Assembly (NCBI GenBank): GCA_045586265.1
Contig: JAZMZY010000091.1
Location: 5,921 to 69,920 of the forward strand
Direction of reading: 5' to 3'
DNA: 64,000 bases
From: Acutalibacteraceae bacterium
GTDB lineage: Bacteria; Bacillota; Clostridia; Oscillospirales; Acutalibacteraceae
In this document: piece after piece, positions 1 through 8,115 of the stretch
How the letters are laid out: each line of letters opens with the position of its first letter
Position numbering within the stretch: position 1 is the first letter of the stretch
Translations under genes and position numbers: made by a program
The notes under the pieces: generated by a model
What the model was told of the DNA's origin: nothing
The model's input: only the letters and a program-made list of their open reading frames with translations
Database searches by the model: none

Positions 1-983
1 TCAACGAATTTCTTGATGTGCGCTACATCATCAAGGTTACAGTTCTGAGGCATATACATGGGAGGATGTGCCCAGTACCAAGAGTCGTATGTACCGTTAT
101 CGGCATTAAGCATATCATAGCCTGCATCCTGAAGGTATTTAGCAGCCTTTTCGGACTCTTCCATATTACGACCAACTTCTGTATATTCTTCACCGGGCAT
201 TGCACCATAGCAGAAGTCTTTCATTTTTGATTCAACTGAATAACGGAGAGAAACAGGGAAATCTTCACCGCAAGCCTCTTTAATAGCCTTAACAACGTCA
301 ACTGCGAAGCGATATCTGTTTTCAAAGCTACCACCGTATTCGTCAGTTCTCTTATTGAAATATTCAATTGCAAACTGGTCAAGAAGATAACCCTCGTGAA
401 CAGCATGAACCTCAACACCATCAACACCTGCATCACGGCAAAGCTTTGCAGTTTTTGCGAATGCTTCAATAATTTCGTGAATCTGCTCAACTGTCATTTC
501 GGGGCATTCAATATCGTGAGCCCAACGTGATTTCTGAGGGCTGGGAGATGCCAACTCGTGAGATGTATCAATAACAGGCTTGATAAGTGCACGAGTGAAT
601 TTGTTTTTATGTAAGGGTGCAATAAGCTCTGTAATAGCCCAGGAACGACCCATACCTGCTGTAAGCTGAATAAATAATTTTGCGCCTGTTTTATGGATTT
701 CATCCATAAACTCTTTGAGCTCCTCGAACATCTTGGGGTTCTGCCAGAGCCATTTGCCCCAGAAGGTATCACGCAAGGGTGCAATACCGGGGATGATAAG
801 ACCAACATTGTTATTGGCTCTTTCTAAAAAGAGTTTTGCCGCTTCCTTGTCAAAATGGCAACCACCGAGCTCAAACCAACCGAAAAGAGATGTACCACCC
901 ATAGGGCACATAACAATACGGTTTTTGATTTCGACATCGCGAATTTTCCAAGGGGTAAACAATGCTTCGTACTGAGGATTCAT
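1..983 (-). CDS. NADH:flavin oxidoreductase, Old Yellow Enzyme family (3' end cut by window edge)
   Basis: Absent from the ORF track because it runs off the window. My minus-strand translation from ATG at 983 reads MNPQYEALFTPWKIRDVEIKNRIVMCPMGG...GVDGVEVHAVHEGYLLDQF...NRYRFAVDVVKAIKEACGEDFPVSLRYS... with no stops down to position 1. SD GAAGGAAG lies upstream. Confidence 0.8.
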   Translation of the reverse strand, partial: MNPQYEALFTPWKIRDVEIKNRIVMCPMGGTSLFGWFELGGCHFDKEAAKLFLERANNNVGLIIPGIAPLRDTFWGKWLWQNPKMFEELKEFMDEIHKTGAKLFIQLTAGMGRSWAITELIAPLHKNKFTRALIKPVIDTSHELASPSPQKSRWAHDIECPEMTVEQIHEIIEAFAKTAKLCRDAGVDGVEVHAVHEGYLLDQFAIEYFNKRTDEYGGSFENRYRFAVDVVKAIKEACGEDFPVSLRYSVESKMKDFCYGAMPGEEYTEVGRNMEESEKAAKYLQDAGYDMLNADNGTYDSWYWAHPPMYMPQNCNLDDVAHIKKFV

Positions 984-1029
984 TAAAACACTTCCTTCTC
1001 ATTTTTTCACATCATAAATGTTCCATATT

Positions 1030-1058
1030 ATAATAGTTTATTTAAGGCATTATGTCAA
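1030..1058 (-). promoter_or_regulatory. sigma-A-type promoter candidate for the OYE gene
   Basis: Minus strand reads TTGACA (1058-1053), a 17 nt spacer, then TATTAT (1035-1030), about 45 nt upstream of the ATG at 983. Confidence 0.45.
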
Positions 1059-1135
1059 GTTAAAGTTTTGACAAAGTAGCTATCAAAACGAAGTACTGAA
1101 ATGGTTACAATTTTATTACAAACGATAATTTTTTA

Positions 1136-1164
1136 TTGTTTTTCGATAAATTGTGTGATATATT
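1136..1164 (+). promoter_or_regulatory. sigma-A-type promoter candidate with extended -10 for the 1187-4227 operon
   Basis: TTGTTT (1136-1141), a 17 nt spacer ending in TGa, then TATATT (1159-1164). An AAGGAG SD and the TTG start at 1187 follow. Confidence 0.5.
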
Positions 1165-1186
1165 CGCCCCAAGGAGATGATTAAAC

Positions 1187-1633
1187 TTGAAACAATTTGA
1201 AAAATCCCTGAAGCTTACAAAAGCAATAGTAATAATTCTGGCTGGTTTTTTTGCCTTCTTTTTATTAACTGCTCCCATTATATTCAATTGGTACTGCGAG
1301 TTAACTGAAAACAGAGAAGGTGTTGCAAATGTTTTGACTGCTGTTTTCTATGCCTGTTCACCATCAGCAGCAGTCACTTTAGTTTATACATTCAAATTTC
1401 TCAAAAATCTTGAACGAGGCGAAATCTTCACCAAAAAAACTGTCAAATACCTGAAAATTCTTTCTTATGCCTGTCTTTCGGTTGTTCCTCTTTCAATACC
1501 TCTGTGCTTTTTCTTCCTCGCAGGGTTACCCATTCCTGCGGCGGCAGGCTTTATGTGGTTAATTCTCAGAATTATCAAAAGTGCATTTGAATACGGAACA
1601 CAAATTAAGAATGAAAATGATTTGACGGTGTAA
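1187..1633 (+). CDS. DUF2975-like small polytopic membrane protein
   Basis: 148 aa with about 4 hydrophobic helices. TTG start 7 nt after AAGGAG. It sits directly upstream of a YozG-type HTH gene, the usual DUF2975 arrangement as I recall it. Confidence 0.7.
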   Translation: MKQFEKSLKLTKAIVIILAGFFAFFLLTAPIIFNWYCELTENREGVANVLTAVFYACSPSAAVTLVYTFKFLKNLERGEIFTKKTVKYLKILSYACLSVVPLSIPLCFFFLAGLPIPAAAGFMWLILRIIKSAFEYGTQIKNENDLTV

Positions 1634-1635
1634 AT

Positions 1636-1854
1636 ATGGCAATAATTGTAAATTTAGATGTTATGCTTGCAAAAAGAAAAATGAGCTCGGGTGAGCTTGC
1701 AAGCAAAATCGGCTTGACCCAAGCCAACCTTTCAATATTAAAAACAGGCAAGGCAAAGGCAGTGCGCTTCTCTACCCTTTCAGCCATATGCCGTGAATTA
1801 GACTGTCAGCCGGGAGATATACTGGAATATATCGAAGGTGAACAGGAGGATTAA
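1636..1854 (+). CDS. XRE/Cro-type helix-turn-helix transcriptional regulator (YozG-like)
   Basis: 72 aa, MAIIVNLDVMLAKRKMSSGELASKIGLTQANLSILKTGKAKAVRFSTLSAICRELDCQPGDILEY. The start is 2 nt after the previous stop. Confidence 0.85.
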   Translation: MAIIVNLDVMLAKRKMSSGELASKIGLTQANLSILKTGKAKAVRFSTLSAICRELDCQPGDILEYIEGEQED

Positions 1855-1856
1855 TT

Positions 1857-3419
1857 ATGAATAAGAAAACTTATCCGATTCTTAAAAATGACTTTGTAGG
1901 TTTTATTTTTACTATAATTTCAACCTTTATAACCATAAGAATAGGCGCTCTGAATGGCTTTAATTTTGGTTTTACCATTAGTGGATTTGCACTTATTGCA
2001 ACAGGGCTTATTTACCTTTCTTCAAAGGAATGTAAAGATAAAGCTTTCTGCGCTTTTTTGACAATCGGTGCATTTGTGCTTTGTTGCAGTTATTCAATAA
2101 CAAACGACGGACTTAGTAAGTTTTTAACATTCCTTTATCTTATTTTTATTTGTGCAACTTTATTCATAACAATATCAGGTAACAACGATGCCGAAAGTGG
2201 TACATATAGCTATGTTTTAAACACAGTTCAAAAATCTGTTTACTCAGTTTTTGATAATTTTATGTTACCATTCAGAAGTCTTAAGGAATCTGCAAAACTT
2301 GAAAAATCTAAAAACTCTTTTCATCTTTTAATCGGACTTGGAATATCTATTCCTATTCTTTGTATTATTCTTCCCCTTCTCACAACATCTGATATTGCAT
2401 TCAGCACTTTAATTTCATCTTTATTTAAAAATACTTTCGTTTTAATTGGTTCAATATTTGCAACGATAGTTGTCACACCTGTTGTTTTTGCATTCTTATT
2501 CTCGATGAAGAAAAAGGATTTGACGGAAATTGTTGCTCCAACAATACCTGATAAGGTTTCAAAGGTTATTCTTAACACAATTTTAAGCGTAACTGCAGTT
2601 GTTTATTTAGCTTATCTTGTTTCTCAATTAGCTTACATTACAAAAGCTTTCGCTTTTCTTCTCCCCGATGATTACAGCGCAGCAGAATTTGCAAGAAGCG
2701 GATTTTTCCAGATGGGTGTTATTGCATTCATCAACTTCGTTATTCTTTTCTTATGCTCAACACTGGTTAAGAAAACTGAAAGCAAGAAAATCCCCGATTC
2801 AACAAAATCTCTTCTCATTTTCCTCTGCCTTTTCACAGTTTTTTATATTTCAACCGCATTTGTGAAAATGATGAAATATATCTCTCTTTATGGTCTTACA
2901 AGATTAAGAGTCCTCACAAGCGTTTTTATGCTTATGCTGGCGGTTATTTTCATGATAATTCTTTTAAGACTTATCTTCACAAGACTTAAATACATAAAAG
3001 CAATTATTCTCGTTTGCACAATTACAATGATTAGCGTTTCAGTAATTGACATAAACACAGTTATTGCAAACTATAACTATAATGCTTATAAACAAGGCAA
3101 AATTAATATTGACGTTGAGCAAATTGGTTCATTGGGCGCAAGTGGTCTCCCGGTTCTTGTTAAGCTTTCGGAAGAAAAACCTCTTGAAGAGAATTATGAT
3201 GTTATATGCGAAATTGAAAATAATTCTTATGAAATTTATAATAACGGCTTTTATTCTATTTACGATATAGAAGAAATTGATTTAAAACAAACAAATATCT
3301 TCCAGAAAAATTATGTTTTGAAACAAGGTAAAATTGCATTAAGCAAATTCGTTGAAAACAACCCTGACTTTGATTACAATAAATTTTATGAAGAATACGA
3401 AGAAGATGGTTGGTATTAA
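1857..3419 (+). CDS. Large polytopic membrane protein (DUF4153/DUF4173-like)
   Basis: 520 aa with more than 10 predicted TM helices. C-terminal segment NYNYNAYKQGKINIDVEQIGSLGASGLPVLVKL resembles that family. The start is 2 nt after the HTH stop. Confidence 0.7.
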   Translation: MNKKTYPILKNDFVGFIFTIISTFITIRIGALNGFNFGFTISGFALIATGLIYLSSKECKDKAFCAFLTIGAFVLCCSYSITNDGLSKFLTFLYLIFICATLFITISGNNDAESGTYSYVLNTVQKSVYSVFDNFMLPFRSLKESAKLEKSKNSFHLLIGLGISIPILCIILPLLTTSDIAFSTLISSLFKNTFVLIGSIFATIVVTPVVFAFLFSMKKKDLTEIVAPTIPDKVSKVILNTILSVTAVVYLAYLVSQLAYITKAFAFLLPDDYSAAEFARSGFFQMGVIAFINFVILFLCSTLVKKTESKKIPDSTKSLLIFLCLFTVFYISTAFVKMMKYISLYGLTRLRVLTSVFMLMLAVIFMIILLRLIFTRLKYIKAIILVCTITMISVSVIDINTVIANYNYNAYKQGKINIDVEQIGSLGASGLPVLVKLSEEKPLEENYDVICEIENNSYEIYNNGFYSIYDIEEIDLKQTNIFQKNYVLKQGKIALSKFVENNPDFDYNKFYEEYEEDGWY

Positions 3420-3432
3420 GTGAGGTACCGAA

Positions 3433-4227
3433 ATGGATTTTCATTTAAAAGGGATTGCAATTTGTATTGTGATTTTTATATTACAATTCATATTCTGTAA
3501 AAAAATAAAAAACAAGTTTATTCGATTGGTACCCTTGTTTATAGCCTTAATTTGCTTATTATTTTCTTTCTTGTTGTACCTTGGTTTTCCACCGATTGAA
3601 ACCACGCCTTTCAGCAGTAACGAATTCACAGGTGCACTTGCTATGGTATGGTGCGGATGTGGAATTTCAGGTGGGTTGTTGGGTATTTTCTTTGCAAACT
3701 CACGAAAAATATTAGCAAAATTAAAAATCAAACAAAAACTAAAAAATCTGAAAAATATAAGACCTATAAATAGAAAGTTAATTATAATTATAGTTATATT
3801 GATTTTTGTTGAAGCAACCGCATTCAGGTGTTATTTCGGTACTCTTAATCCATACATATCAGACCTGAATATTGTTTATACGCCAACTAAACCTGCTTTC
3901 AAATTTTATCGTTGGTATTGGATTGATATATATGACTATTCTGTATTCCGATTAAGTAACAAAGAGGAAAAAATCATCATTCAGGAAGCTGAAGACGGAA
4001 AATGGAGTGAGTTGACCCCATATCATATTAATAAACTTGATCATTATGATTATTGTGATGAGTTTTTAGATTATAGCTACAGATACCATAAATGCTACAT
4101 TTGTATATACGACGAACAGAACAATCAAATCGTCACAGATTCTGACAATGACATTCCTCCCAATAAGATTATATTTTTATATGATACGCAAACCAACAAA
4201 TATTATTGTGTGTTTCAAACAATGTAA
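3433..4227 (+). CDS. Hypothetical membrane protein (N-terminal TM helices plus a Tyr/Asp-rich C-terminal domain)
   Basis: 264 aa ORF that is last in the co-directional run and is followed by a terminator. I recognise no family. Confidence 0.6.
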   Translation: MDFHLKGIAICIVIFILQFIFCKKIKNKFIRLVPLFIALICLLFSFLLYLGFPPIETTPFSSNEFTGALAMVWCGCGISGGLLGIFFANSRKILAKLKIKQKLKNLKNIRPINRKLIIIIVILIFVEATAFRCYFGTLNPYISDLNIVYTPTKPAFKFYRWYWIDIYDYSVFRLSNKEEKIIIQEAEDGKWSELTPYHINKLDHYDYCDEFLDYSYRYHKCYICIYDEQNNQIVTDSDNDIPPNKIIFLYDTQTNKYYCVFQTM

Positions 4228-4240
4228 AACACTTGCCTTT

Positions 4241-4279
4241 TTACTGCTTTCATTGTATAGTGAAAGCAGTAAATTTTTT
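4241..4279 (+). terminator. Intrinsic terminator
   Basis: Stem TTACTGCTTTCA/TGAAAGCAGTAA, an 8 nt loop, then ATTTTTT. Confidence 0.7.
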
Positions 4280-4290
4280 ATGGTGATTTT

Positions 4291-5601
4291 ATGAAACCGA
4301 ATATTATATTTTATTTTTCTGACCAACAGCGTTGGGATACGCTTAATAGTGAAATAATGCCGAATGTTTGGGAATTAGGTGAAGAAGGAACTATCTTTGA
4401 AAATTCTTTCACCTGTCAGCCTGTTTGCGGACCTGCCCGTGCTTGCTTGCAAACCGGGCAATATGCAACGGAAAACGGTTGCTTCTGGAACGGTATTCCA
4501 CTGCCCGAAAACACAAAAACAATGGCAGATTATTTCAACGAAAACGGCTATGATACTGCTTATATCGGCAAATGGCATCTTGCCTCCGACAGAGCAAAGG
4601 GCTTTGGTTTTCATTGCGAAAAAACCGCCGTGCCAAAAGAAAAGCAAGGCGGTTATAAATATTGGAGAGCGGCAGATGTTCTTGAATTCACATCTCACGG
4701 CTATGATGGTTATGTATTTGATGAAGATGGTAACCAAATTGATTTTACAGGCTACAGAGCAGACTGCATAAATGATTTTGCGGTTGAATATGTTAATAAT
4801 CATAATAGCGAAAAGCCGTTTTTTATGTTCATTTCTCAGCTTGAACCCCATCATCAGAATGACAGAGGTCATTTTGAAGGTCCTGTTGAAGCAATTGAAA
4901 AATACAAGGATTACCCCATTCCCGAGGATTTAACATTCCTTAAGGGCGATTATAAAGATGAATACCCCGACTACATTGCCGCAATAAACCGACTTGATGA
5001 AAATGTTGGTAAATTGGTTGATGCGCTGAAAGAAAAGGGTATTTATGATAATACTGTTATTATTTACACAAGCGACCACGGTTGCCATTTCAAAACCCGA
5101 AACTTTGAATACAAACGTTCCTGCCACGAATCAAGCATTCATACTCCCCTTATTTTCGGCGGCGGAGCGATTAATAAAACAGATAGCAAAGATTGTTTAG
5201 TCAGCCTTATTGACTTACCGCCTACAATTTTAAGTCTTGCAGGAATTACTGTTCCCGATAGCTATTCCGGTAATGTTTTACCCATCAATGATATTGAAGC
5301 ACCTGAAAGAGATTGCGTTTTCGTGCAGATAAGTGAATCCCATATCGGCAGATGCGTCAGAACAAAGAATTGGAAATACTCTGCAAAGGCAATAGGCTCA
5401 GGTTGGCACAAATCAAAGGCTGTTCATTATTTTGATGATTTTCTTTATGATTTGAAAAACGACCCTTGCGAGAAAAACAACCTTGTTAATGACGAAAACT
5501 ATTCAAAGGTTTTGCAACAAATGAGAACTTTGCTTTCAAAAGAAATGGTAAATTCAGGTGAGAAAAAGCCGAGGTTTCATAAGGCTATAAAAATGAAATA
5601 A
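4291..5601 (+). CDS. Cys-type sulfatase (arylsulfatase family)
   Basis: 436 aa. N-terminal NIIFYFSDQQRWDT, formylglycine signature C-G-P-A-R in FTCQPVCGPARACLQTGQY, plus GKWHL and YTSDHG motifs. Confidence 0.9.
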   Translation: MKPNIIFYFSDQQRWDTLNSEIMPNVWELGEEGTIFENSFTCQPVCGPARACLQTGQYATENGCFWNGIPLPENTKTMADYFNENGYDTAYIGKWHLASDRAKGFGFHCEKTAVPKEKQGGYKYWRAADVLEFTSHGYDGYVFDEDGNQIDFTGYRADCINDFAVEYVNNHNSEKPFFMFISQLEPHHQNDRGHFEGPVEAIEKYKDYPIPEDLTFLKGDYKDEYPDYIAAINRLDENVGKLVDALKEKGIYDNTVIIYTSDHGCHFKTRNFEYKRSCHESSIHTPLIFGGGAINKTDSKDCLVSLIDLPPTILSLAGITVPDSYSGNVLPINDIEAPERDCVFVQISESHIGRCVRTKNWKYSAKAIGSGWHKSKAVHYFDDFLYDLKNDPCEKNNLVNDENYSKVLQQMRTLLSKEMVNSGEKKPRFHKAIKMK

Positions 5602-5762
5602 TCTTAATTCTTTGCGGTTTGATGCTCTCAGATAGTGCAATGCAGGGGCGGTTCTTGACCCGACCTAAAGGTTATTGATGAATTTGGCGGGACGGTCAAG
5701 ACCATCCCCTACATTATCAAATTGCTATTTGCTATTTTTTTAAACTTTTACTTGAAAACCCC

Positions 5763-5791
5763 TTGACAAAATGATGTTAATTTAATATAAT
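5763..5791 (+). promoter_or_regulatory. Consensus sigma-A promoter for the tRNA pair
   Basis: TTGACA (5763-5768), exactly 17 nt, TATAAT (5786-5791). The first tRNA starts 19 nt downstream. Confidence 0.7.
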
Positions 5792-5809
5792 TCTATCTGT
5801 TGCAAATAG

Positions 5810-5886
5810 GGACCAATAGCTCAGTTGGTTAGAGCAACCGGCTCATAACCGGTTGGTCCGGGGTTCGAGTCCCTGTTGGTCCACCA
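5810..5886 (+). tRNA. tRNA with CAU anticodon (elongator Met, or Ile2 if lysidine-modified)
   Basis: Acceptor stem GGACCAA/TTGGTCC, discriminator A, encoded CCA, D-arm AGCTCAGTTGGTTAGAGC, anticodon loop CTCATAA, T-loop GGTTCGAGTCC. Confidence 0.9.
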
Positions 5887-5904
5887 CCTTTTTCAAGTTA
5901 ATAT

Positions 5905-5978
5905 AGGGGCATAATGTAATGGTAACATTCCGGTCTCCAAAACCGTCCTTGAGGGTTCGAGTCCTTCTGCCCCTGCCA
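5905..5978 (+). tRNA. tRNA-Trp (CCA anticodon)
   Basis: Acceptor stem AGGGGCA/TGCCCCT, discriminator G, encoded CCA, anticodon loop CTCCAAA, T-loop GGTTCGAGTCC. Confidence 0.9.
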
Positions 5979-5983
5979 AAAAA

Positions 5984-6014
5984 ATTCCGTACACGTAAGT
6001 GTGCGGAATTTTTA
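5984..6014 (+). terminator. Intrinsic terminator after the tRNA pair
   Basis: Stem ATTCCGTACAC/GTGTGCGGAAT with one G-U pair, loop GTAA, then TTTT. Confidence 0.75.
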
Positions 6015-6133
6015 CTTGTTCACTATTAACTATTCACTCTTCACTAAAATAAAATGCGTGTACGGAATTTCAGTTAAGATGTAAGAGTGAATAGTGAAGC
6101 TGTTTCACAACACAAACATACATCAAGCATTTT

Positions 6134-6547
6134 TTATTCTCCACAAGAAGCATAGCATCTTGCAAGGCAGATAACGGAAGTAATCAACAAAACAAAGAAG
6201 AAAAAGAAAGCGCCATAAAGAATGGCACCGATTATACTAATACCCCCAAAATCAACAGCAAGAAGAACTAAAGCACTTAAAATTGCGCCCAATGCACCAA
6301 ACTGCAAGGATGACAAAGCTCGGCAAATGCACCCTCTTTCTTTTCTATCCTCATCTGTGAAAGCCGCAACCCCGAAAGTTATAATCAGAAGACCAACGGC
6401 AATTCCGAAGCCAATCCATAAAAAAAGGGGTAAAACAGTAATTGTGCCTGTAATGTTGAGAACAAGCGTAACAATACCTGAAACAAGACTTACTATAAGT
6501 CCTAAGGCAGTGCAACCCGTTTTGCAGTTGCAATTGAAAAAACCCAT
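6134..6547 (-). CDS. Hypothetical 4-TM membrane protein with terminal cysteine clusters
   Basis: Start moved to MGFFNCNCKTGC (ATG at 6547), which is preceded by GGAGGTG at 7 nt. Cysteine clusters CNCKTGC (N-terminus), CIC (loop) and CLARCYASC (C-terminus). Confidence 0.6.
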   Translation of the reverse strand: MGFFNCNCKTGCTALGLIVSLVSGIVTLVLNITGTITVLPLFLWIGFGIAVGLLIITFGVAAFTDEDRKERGCICRALSSLQFGALGAILSALVLLAVDFGGISIIGAILYGAFFFFFVLLITSVICLARCYASCGE

Positions 6548-6724
6548 AATATCACCTCCGATAGCATTATATGCCAAGCAGTTAATTATGTTATTGCAGA
6601 TAATATCGGGTTATGATAAAATGAAATCAAGGGAATTTCCACGAATAGTAGATATATTCTACGGTTTGTGAGTTTAAATTTTTCTCTATTTATAGCAGAA
6701 TGGAAGCATAAAGGAGGTTATATT

Positions 6725-8068
6725 ATGGAGAAAAAAACAATAGGCAGTTTTCTTGCTGCCTTAAGAAAAGCAAACGGAATGACCCAACAAGAAGTTGCCG
6801 ACAGGCTTAATGTCTCCAACAAAACGGTAAGTAAATGGGAACGTGATGAGGGTTGCCCCGAAATTATGATGCTCCCCCTTATTGCTGAATTATATTCGGT
6901 TACTGTTGATGAAATTCTGCGTGGTGAAAGAATCACAAAAGAAGAAAATATCGAATCCAAAGAAAATAAAAGCGAAAAACATATAAAATACTTAATTGAC
7001 AGAGCCACAACAAAATTCAAAAACCTTGCAATTATTTCCATAGTTTTAGGTGTTGCTTCGGTGTTATTGGCATATACGCTGGGTGATATAATAAACTATG
7101 ACTTTTTGTGGGTTGGTCTTTTAATCACTCTGCTTTTAGCTTCTGCTTCGGTTATTGTTATTGCAATTGCAGTAAATAATTTGCTTTCAGGTTTTAATGA
7201 TGAAGAAATTATAGATAATGATGATATACAATCAACCAAGAAGACATGTATAAAATATATTTCAACAATAACATTTCTTACTATTTTAGTGTTATGTGGC
7301 ATAATTTTAAATATCATATTTTCAGGTGTTTCATTTGCCTTTGTTAGTCTTCCTGCATTTTTAGTTGTTGCAGGTATTCCCACATATTTCATCCGCTCTA
7401 AGTTAAATAAAAAATGGAATATTGAAGAAGCCGAATTTTCACCTGAGTTAAAGAAATACAGAAAAAAGCACATAAAAATCACCTCAATAATTATAGCAGT
7501 TTCTGTTATTCTTTCATTCCTTTTACCGTTTGTTTCAGCTACTATTGAACAGCTTGTACCAAACAGAGAATCCTATTGCTTTCTTAACGGTGTTTATGAA
7601 GACTATGAAAATATTGAAGAAGCACAAAATGAATATAACAGATTAAAAGCTTTTGTGGCAGATGATAAAAAGCTTTTTGATGTAATCAGCAACGATTATG
7701 AAAACCATATTCTTGTTGTATCAGAAATGAAAGTGGACTTTGTAAAAACGAAGGACGGATATCAAGCTATTCAAGCTACTGATACAACTGAATACGAAAC
7801 GATGTATTTTGACTCCTTGAAAGAAATGGAAAAATTTGAAAAAGAAAATTGCTGGTATAACAACGTTATAATTCTTCCGCGATTACTACAGAAAAATATA
7901 ACATTCGATGATAATACTTACACAGTCGAATATTCATATAAACGTCCGTTTGATTTATCACTCGGTTTTGATATTCTCCCTGTATTTTTAATTGGCGGTT
8001 CTTGTGTTTGTATTACTGTATTTTGGATTTCAGTAGGAATTTATATAAAAAAGAAAAAGACGATATAA
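6725..8068 (+). CDS. Membrane-tethered XRE-family HTH regulator with a C-terminal soluble domain
   Basis: Start at MEKKTIGSFLAALRKANGMTQQEVADRLNVSNKTVSKWERDEGCP, preceded by AAGGAGG. Several TM helices follow, then about 170 aa of soluble sequence and a terminal TM helix. Confidence 0.8.
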   Translation: MEKKTIGSFLAALRKANGMTQQEVADRLNVSNKTVSKWERDEGCPEIMMLPLIAELYSVTVDEILRGERITKEENIESKENKSEKHIKYLIDRATTKFKNLAIISIVLGVASVLLAYTLGDIINYDFLWVGLLITLLLASASVIVIAIAVNNLLSGFNDEEIIDNDDIQSTKKTCIKYISTITFLTILVLCGIILNIIFSGVSFAFVSLPAFLVVAGIPTYFIRSKLNKKWNIEEAEFSPELKKYRKKHIKITSIIIAVSVILSFLLPFVSATIEQLVPNRESYCFLNGVYEDYENIEEAQNEYNRLKAFVADDKKLFDVISNDYENHILVVSEMKVDFVKTKDGYQAIQATDTTEYETMYFDSLKEMEKFEKENCWYNNVIILPRLLQKNITFDDNTYTVEYSYKRPFDLSLGFDILPVFLIGGSCVCITVFWISVGIYIKKKKTI

Positions 8069-8073
8069 GAGAA

Positions 8074-8113
8074 AAGGCTTGTAAGTATGAATTAAAACTT
8101 ACAAGCCTTTCCT
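8074..8113. terminator. Bidirectional intrinsic terminator between convergent genes
   Basis: 13 bp stem AAGGCTTGTAAGT/ACTTACAAGCCTT with a 10 nt loop, A-rich on one flank and T-rich on the other. Confidence 0.7.
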
Positions 8114-8115
8114 TA

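Noticed and set aside
4375-4872. A 165-aa minus-strand ORF and a 130-aa plus-strand out-of-frame ORF inside the sulfatase gene.
   Set aside because: They overlap a gene with clear sulfatase motifs, show no start signals, and look like shadow ORFs.
6222-6671. A 149-aa plus-strand ORF.
   Set aside because: It is antisense to the 4-TM membrane protein gene, which has a good SD and promoter. This ORF is Pro/Lys/Ile-rich and has no SD.
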